Shown here: positions 1 through 4,114 of the stretch, piece after piece
Layout of the letters: each line of letters begins with the position of its first letter
How positions within the stretch are numbered: position 1 is the stretch's first letter
IMG/VR virus record: IMGVR_UViG_2695420650_000005
DNA length: 4,114 nucleotides
DNA from: a virus
Lineage: Duplodnaviria > Heunggongvirae > Uroviricota > Caudoviricetes
Strand: one strand, 5' to 3'
Position numbers and translations under genes: made by a program
The notes under the pieces: generated by a model
Database searches by the model: none
The model's input: the letters and a program-made list of their open reading frames with translations, nothing else
What the model was told of the DNA's origin: nothing

Positions 1-84
1 GGGAAAAATATCATCAGATGGCTGCTTAAAAAAAGAACAAATGGTAGTGTCCGCTATTGCCAGTACACCTCACCTGGAGGCATC

Positions 85-297
85 GTGGAAAAAATAAAGA
101 AACTATTTAGTAGTAAATACGCAGTCATACGTCGTGATGACCTGTCAGTTATAGTCGAAATGGATTACTTCCCTGAAACCAAAAAATCAATGATGTATCG
201 TAATGGTCGAAAGGCAATTTTTTTACCGATGAGGGTAAGTGACATTATGGGAAATGATAAACTGCTGGATGAATTGCGAGTCAGAGCATCCTGTTAG
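85..297 (+). CDS. Hypothetical small prophage protein (70 aa); start uncertain
   Basis: GTG at 85 is preceded by GGAGG at 76-80 (4-nt spacer). Frame 1 is open from window position 1, so this could instead be the C-terminal part of a longer gene starting upstream. Stop TAG at 295-297. No family recognised. Contains rare codons ATA x2, AGA x1, AGG x1. Confidence 0.35.
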   Translation: MEKIKKLFSSKYAVIRRDDLSVIVEMDYFPETKKSMMYRNGRKAIFLPMRVSDIMGNDKLLDELRVRASC

Positions 298-368
298 TAT
301 TGGCATTAATTCTGGTATACTACATAACGGGCTGAACACCCATTCTACTGCGCCAGCGGAGAACTACG

Positions 369-968
369 ATGGCGCATATACAACTGATCAAACAAACCTC
401 TTCCGGATTACTTCTCCCGGCGACGCCGGAGAGTTGCGATTTTCTGCATCAAATCAAAACAGGTGAGTGGATACACGCAGACTTTAAGCGTGTGCGTAAC
501 TACGCATTCCACAAGCGTTTTTTCAAACTCCTGCAACTGGGATTCGATTACTGGACTCCGGTCGGTGGGGCGATCACGCCTCGCGAACGAGAACTGCTGT
601 CTGGTTTCGTTGATTACCTGTGCGAATCAGTAGGTCGGGAACATACGCCAGCTCTGAGCGAAGCCGCAGAGCAATATCTGAATACAGTTGCGACACGCAG
701 AACCCGGGATACGGCATTGCTAAAGTCGTTTGAGGCTTTTCGCGAGTGGGTAACCATTCAGGCTGGATTTTACACCGAACATTTTTATCCGGACGGTAGC
801 CGCGGGCGTCGGGCAAAATCCATCGCTTTTGCGAATATGGACGAAACCGAGTTTCAGCAGGTTTATAAATCTGTTCTGAATGTGCTGTGGAACTGGATTC
901 TGTTCCGTAAATTTTCCTCTCCGGAACAAGTCGAAAATGTGGCCGCGCAGCTGCTGGAGTTTGCGTAA
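369..968 (+). CDS. Lambdoid-prophage protein, likely DUF1367 family (199 aa)
   Basis: ATG at 369 with GGAG at 358-361 (7-nt spacer); in-frame stop TGA at 333-335 upstream fixes the start. Stop TAA at 966-968 overlaps the next start (TAATG). Family assignment is from recall of the protein and its position upstream of a Q gene, not from a search. Confidence 0.6.
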   Translation: MAHIQLIKQTSSGLLLPATPESCDFLHQIKTGEWIHADFKRVRNYAFHKRFFKLLQLGFDYWTPVGGAITPRERELLSGFVDYLCESVGREHTPALSEAAEQYLNTVATRRTRDTALLKSFEAFREWVTIQAGFYTEHFYPDGSRGRRAKSIAFANMDETEFQQVYKSVLNVLWNWILFRKFSSPEQVENVAAQLLEFA

Positions 969-1258
969 TGGTGGATTTACGTAAAGCGGCGCGGGGGCAG
1001 ATGTGCACCGTCAGAATTCCTGGCTACTGCAATCACGATCCGGAAACGTCTGTGCTGGCGCATTACCGACTGGCGGGAACGTGCGGAACAGCGATAAAGC
1101 CACACGATATGCAGGCAGCGATTGCCTGTAGCTCGTGCCACGATTTAATCGACGGGCGGGTAAAAACCAGCGATTACACCAAAGAAGAATTACGCCTGAT
1201 GCATGCAGAAGGTGTTTTTCGCACACAAGAAATCTGGAGAAAGGAGGGATATTTATGA
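968..1258 (+). CDS. Cys-rich small protein, likely DUF1364 family (96 aa), putative zinc-binding
   Basis: ATG at 968 overlaps the upstream stop; stop TGA at 1256-1258 overlaps the next start. Cys at residues 13, 21, 39, 54, 57 and several His suggest a metal-binding fold. Family name is from recall. Confidence 0.55.
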   Translation: MVDLRKAARGQMCTVRIPGYCNHDPETSVLAHYRLAGTCGTAIKPHDMQAAIACSSCHDLIDGRVKTSDYTKEELRLMHAEGVFRTQEIWRKEGYL

Positions 1259-1809
1259 TTTACCCAACGAATACAGGAAAAAGCGGAGAACACCTTCGTC
1301 TCACCACGCTGGAAAGTGTCTGGATTCAGGGAAAACTACGTATGTGGGGGCGCTGGTCGTATATTGGTGGCGGTAAGACGGGGAATATGTTTAACCTGAT
1401 GTTGACCTCTAAAAAGCTGACAAAAACGGCAATTAACGAGGCGCTCCGGAGGATGAAAAAAGCAGGTCTGAACAAGTCTGAACTTGAGGCTTTTTTGCGG
1501 GATATGATTAACGGTAAGCAAAAGAGCTGGCTGGCGCATTGTACTGATGCAGAGGCGTTATGTATTGATCGGGTCATAAGTGAGGTGCTGGCAGAGCATC
1601 CAGGATTGATTAGCGTCCTTCGGCAACGGTATGAGGGGCGGGGGATGACCAAACGCAAAATGGCTGAACTGCTGAATGATGCACACCCGAAATGGAGTTT
1701 AAGAACCTGTGAAAGACGCATTGAGCATTGGCTAAAGGTGGCAGAATTTATTTTGTACAAACCAATGGTTATGGCTTTTGGTATAGAGAAAAAAGTTATT
1801 GCTTTTTGA
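1255..1809 (+). CDS. Q: Phage late-gene antitermination protein Q (phage 82/21-type, 184 aa)
   Basis: ATG at 1255 with AAGGAGGG at 1241-1248 (7-nt spacer), preferred over the in-frame ATG at 1135 listed in the ORF track. N-terminal WGxW motif (RMWGRWSY) resembles Q-family proteins such as QuuD. Position fits: just upstream of an intrinsic terminator and phage tRNA genes. Stop TGA at 1807-1809. Confidence 0.65.
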   Translation: MIYPTNTGKSGEHLRLTTLESVWIQGKLRMWGRWSYIGGGKTGNMFNLMLTSKKLTKTAINEALRRMKKAGLNKSELEAFLRDMINGKQKSWLAHCTDAEALCIDRVISEVLAEHPGLISVLRQRYEGRGMTKRKMAELLNDAHPKWSLRTCERRIEHWLKVAEFILYKPMVMAFGIEKKVIAF

Positions 1810-1885
1810 CGTAAAAACTGCTTCAATTCTTGTACGCTTCGCAAAGCTGTACCGCGAGGCGAATAGCAGACATGGACATTTGAAA

Positions 1886-1910
1886 GAGCCCGCTTTATGC
1901 GGGTTTTTTT
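1886..1910 (+). terminator. Rho-independent terminator (tR'-like) downstream of Q
   Basis: Stem CCCGC (1889-1893) / GCGGG (1899-1903), loop TTTAT, followed by a 7-T run at 1904-1910; A-rich 5' flank can extend the stem. Oriented on the + strand. Confidence 0.65.
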
Positions 1911-1960
1911 ATACCTGAAAAACGGCACAGGACGTTAAACGTGCTGGTGGTCAGATGAGT

Positions 1961-1989
1961 TTGCAGATGTGATGACATATGGTTATTAT
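1961..1989 (+). promoter_or_regulatory. Candidate sigma70 promoter for the tRNA array
   Basis: TTGCAG (1961-1966), 17-bp spacer, TATTAT (1984-1989); predicted start about 1996, just before tRNA-Ile at 1999. Sequence match only. Confidence 0.3.
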
Positions 1990-1998
1990 TCTGCCTCC

Positions 1999-2075
1999 GG
2001 CCCTTTAGCTCAGTTGGTCAGAGCGAGCGACTCATAATCGCCAGGTCGCTGGTTCAAGTCCAGCAAGGGCCACCA
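1999..2075 (+). tRNA. ileZ: tRNA-Ile (anticodon CAT, predicted lysidine-modified, reads AUA); phage-type
   Basis: Cloverleaf folds: acceptor GGCCCTT/AAGGGCC, anticodon loop CTCATAA, T arm GCTGG-TTCAAGT-CCAGC, CCA at 2073-2075. Anticodon and T arms closely resemble E. coli ileX rather than elongator or initiator tRNA-Met. Symbol by analogy to Stx-phage ileZ. Confidence 0.75.
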
Positions 2076-2076
2076 A

Positions 2077-2153
2077 CCACCACTAGCTCATCCGGATAGA
2101 GCATCAACCTTCTAAGTTGACGGTGCGAGGTTCGAGTCCTCGGTGGTGGGCCA
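2077..2153 (+). tRNA. argN: tRNA-Arg (anticodon TCT, reads AGA); phage-type
   Basis: Acceptor CCACCAC/GTGGTGG (C1-G72), D stem GCTC/GAGC, anticodon loop CTTCTAA, T arm CGAGG-TTCGAGT-CCTCG, discriminator G, CCA at 2151-2153. Differs from my recalled host argU sequence. Symbol by analogy to Stx-phage argN and tentative. Confidence 0.8.
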
Positions 2154-2155
2154 GC

Positions 2156-2231
<76 letters not shown>

Positions 2232-2239
2232 TCAAGTCC

Positions 2240-2324
<85 letters not shown>

Positions 2325-2440
2325 ATTTCGGCCACGCGATGGCGTAGCCCGAGACGATAAGTTCGCTTACCGGCTCGAATAAAGAGAGCTTCTCTCGATA
2401 TTCAGTGCAGAATGAAAATCAGGTAGCCGAGTTCCAGGAT

Positions 2441-2515
<75 letters not shown>

Positions 2516-2521
2516 GTCAGA

Positions 2522-2567
2522 GTCTTTCAGTCTGCGATGATGGGAAATCCCGGAGTGACTGAAAGAC
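2522..2567 (+). repeat. Perfect 11-bp inverted repeat (stem-loop) inside the post-glyT insert
   Basis: GTCTTTCAGTC (2522-2532) pairs with GACTGAAAGAC (2557-2567); the 24-nt loop contains a nested GGG-AAAT-CCC mini-hairpin at 2542-2551. Begins 6 nt after the glyT CCA. Confidence 0.6.
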
Positions 2568-2622
2568 GTTTAAGTTATGAATGATCGCCTTTTTTTGCAA
2601 AATTGCTGTGCAGAAATACTAA

Positions 2623-2707
2623 NNNNNNNNNNNNNNNNNNNNNNNNNNNNNNNNNNNNNNNNNNNNNNNNNNNNNNNNNNNNNNNNNNNNNNNNNNNNNN
2701 NNNNNNN
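2623..2707. other. Run of 85 N (gap or masked sequence); content unknown
   Basis: Literal n characters. Nothing inside can be annotated; features spanning it are unresolved. Confidence 0.99.
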
Positions 2708-2752
<45 letters not shown>

Positions 2753-2758
2753 AGATGT

Positions 2759-2834
2759 GCTGATATAGCTCAGTTGGTAGAGCGCACCCTTGGTAAGGGT
2801 GAGGTCGGCAGTTCGAATCTGCCTATCAGCACCA
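2759..2834 (+). tRNA. thrT: tRNA-Thr (anticodon GGT)
   Basis: GCTGATATAGCTCAGTTGGTAGAGCGCACCCTTGGTAAGGGTGAGGTCGGCAGTTCGAATCTGCCTATCAGCACCA; matches my recollection of E. coli thrT. Confidence 0.9.
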
Positions 2835-2912
2835 CTTCTTTTCTCCTCCCTGTTTTTTCCTTCTGTTTATTGCATTCAACAAGTCGGGCATGTTGCCTGG
2901 TTGATGTGGTGA

Positions 2913-4114
<1,202 letters not shown>

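Noticed and set aside
239-466. + strand ORF (75 aa) overlapping the first ORF and the DUF1367-like gene start
   Set aside because: Out of frame with both neighbours, no ribosome-binding site, spans an intergenic region. Likely spurious.
574-1008. Minus-strand ORF (144 aa) overlapping the DUF1367-like gene; also 720..929 (69 aa) and 1011..1226 (71 aa)
   Set aside because: They lie antisense within well-supported + strand genes that have Shine-Dalgarno sequences and coupled starts. No ribosome-binding site or recognisable protein was seen. Most likely shadow ORFs.
1135-1254. Longer form of Q starting at the ATG at 1135 (224 aa)
   Set aside because: It would overlap the DUF1364-like gene by 120 nt. 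The ATG at 1255 has a strong AAGGAGG site and the usual ATGA overlap, and the protein from 1255 begins close to the WGxW motif.
1326-1928. Minus-strand ORF (200 aa) antisense to Q, extending across the terminator; nested 1336..1539 (67 aa)
   Set aside because: Low-complexity, Arg/Ser-rich translation, no start context, and it runs through the + strand terminator. Treated as a shadow ORF.
1999-2075. Alternative reading of the CAT-anticodon tRNA as tRNA-Met
   Set aside because: The anticodon stem-loop and T arm resemble E. coli ileX, not elongator or initiator tRNA-Met, and the acceptor stem has C4 and C5 as in ileX. Ile is favoured but not proven.
2384-2396. Small hairpin GAGAG-CTT-CTCTC in the tyrU-glyT spacer
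   Set aside because: Short, and it lies in what appears to be the native 116-nt spacer. Probably ordinary processing structure.
2533-2563. C/D-box-like motifs (ATGATGG and CTGA) in the insert hairpin
   Set aside because: The C-like box is one nucleotide off consensus, the CTGA lies inside the perfect stem rather than in a kink-turn, and such RNAs are not expected in bacteria. Coincidence is more likely.
2581-2622. 13-codon micro-ORF (MIAFFCKIAVQKY) ending at TAA just before the N run
   Set aside because: No Shine-Dalgarno sequence and too short to distinguish from chance. Noted only because it ends at the gap edge.

Overview
The window reads as enterobacterial (E. coli-like) DNA with two parts that meet at a tRNA boundary. 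Positions 1-1910 carry a lambdoid-prophage late-regulatory module on the + strand: a small hypothetical ORF, a DUF1367-like gene, a Cys-rich DUF1364-like gene and a Q-type antiterminator, which are tightly packed or overlapping, followed by an intrinsic terminator. Two phage-type rare-codon tRNAs follow (Ile-CAU at 1999-2075, Arg-UCU at 2077-2153). Only 2 nt later the host tRNA operon begins: thrU, tyrU, glyT, thrT and then tufB (EF-Tu), which runs off the end of the window. Two things stand out. First, the phage Q/terminator/tRNA module sits where the native region upstream of thrU would be, so the essential tRNA-tufB operon appears to lie downstream of phage regulatory signals. Second, after a complete glyT there is a 107-nt unique insert with an 11-bp perfect inverted repeat, then 85 N, then a second copy of the glyT 3' segment abutting thrT. 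All family names come from recall of protein motifs and gene order, not from a database search. I found no clear novel protein-coding system; the insert at glyT and the phage-host junction are the parts most worth follow-up.
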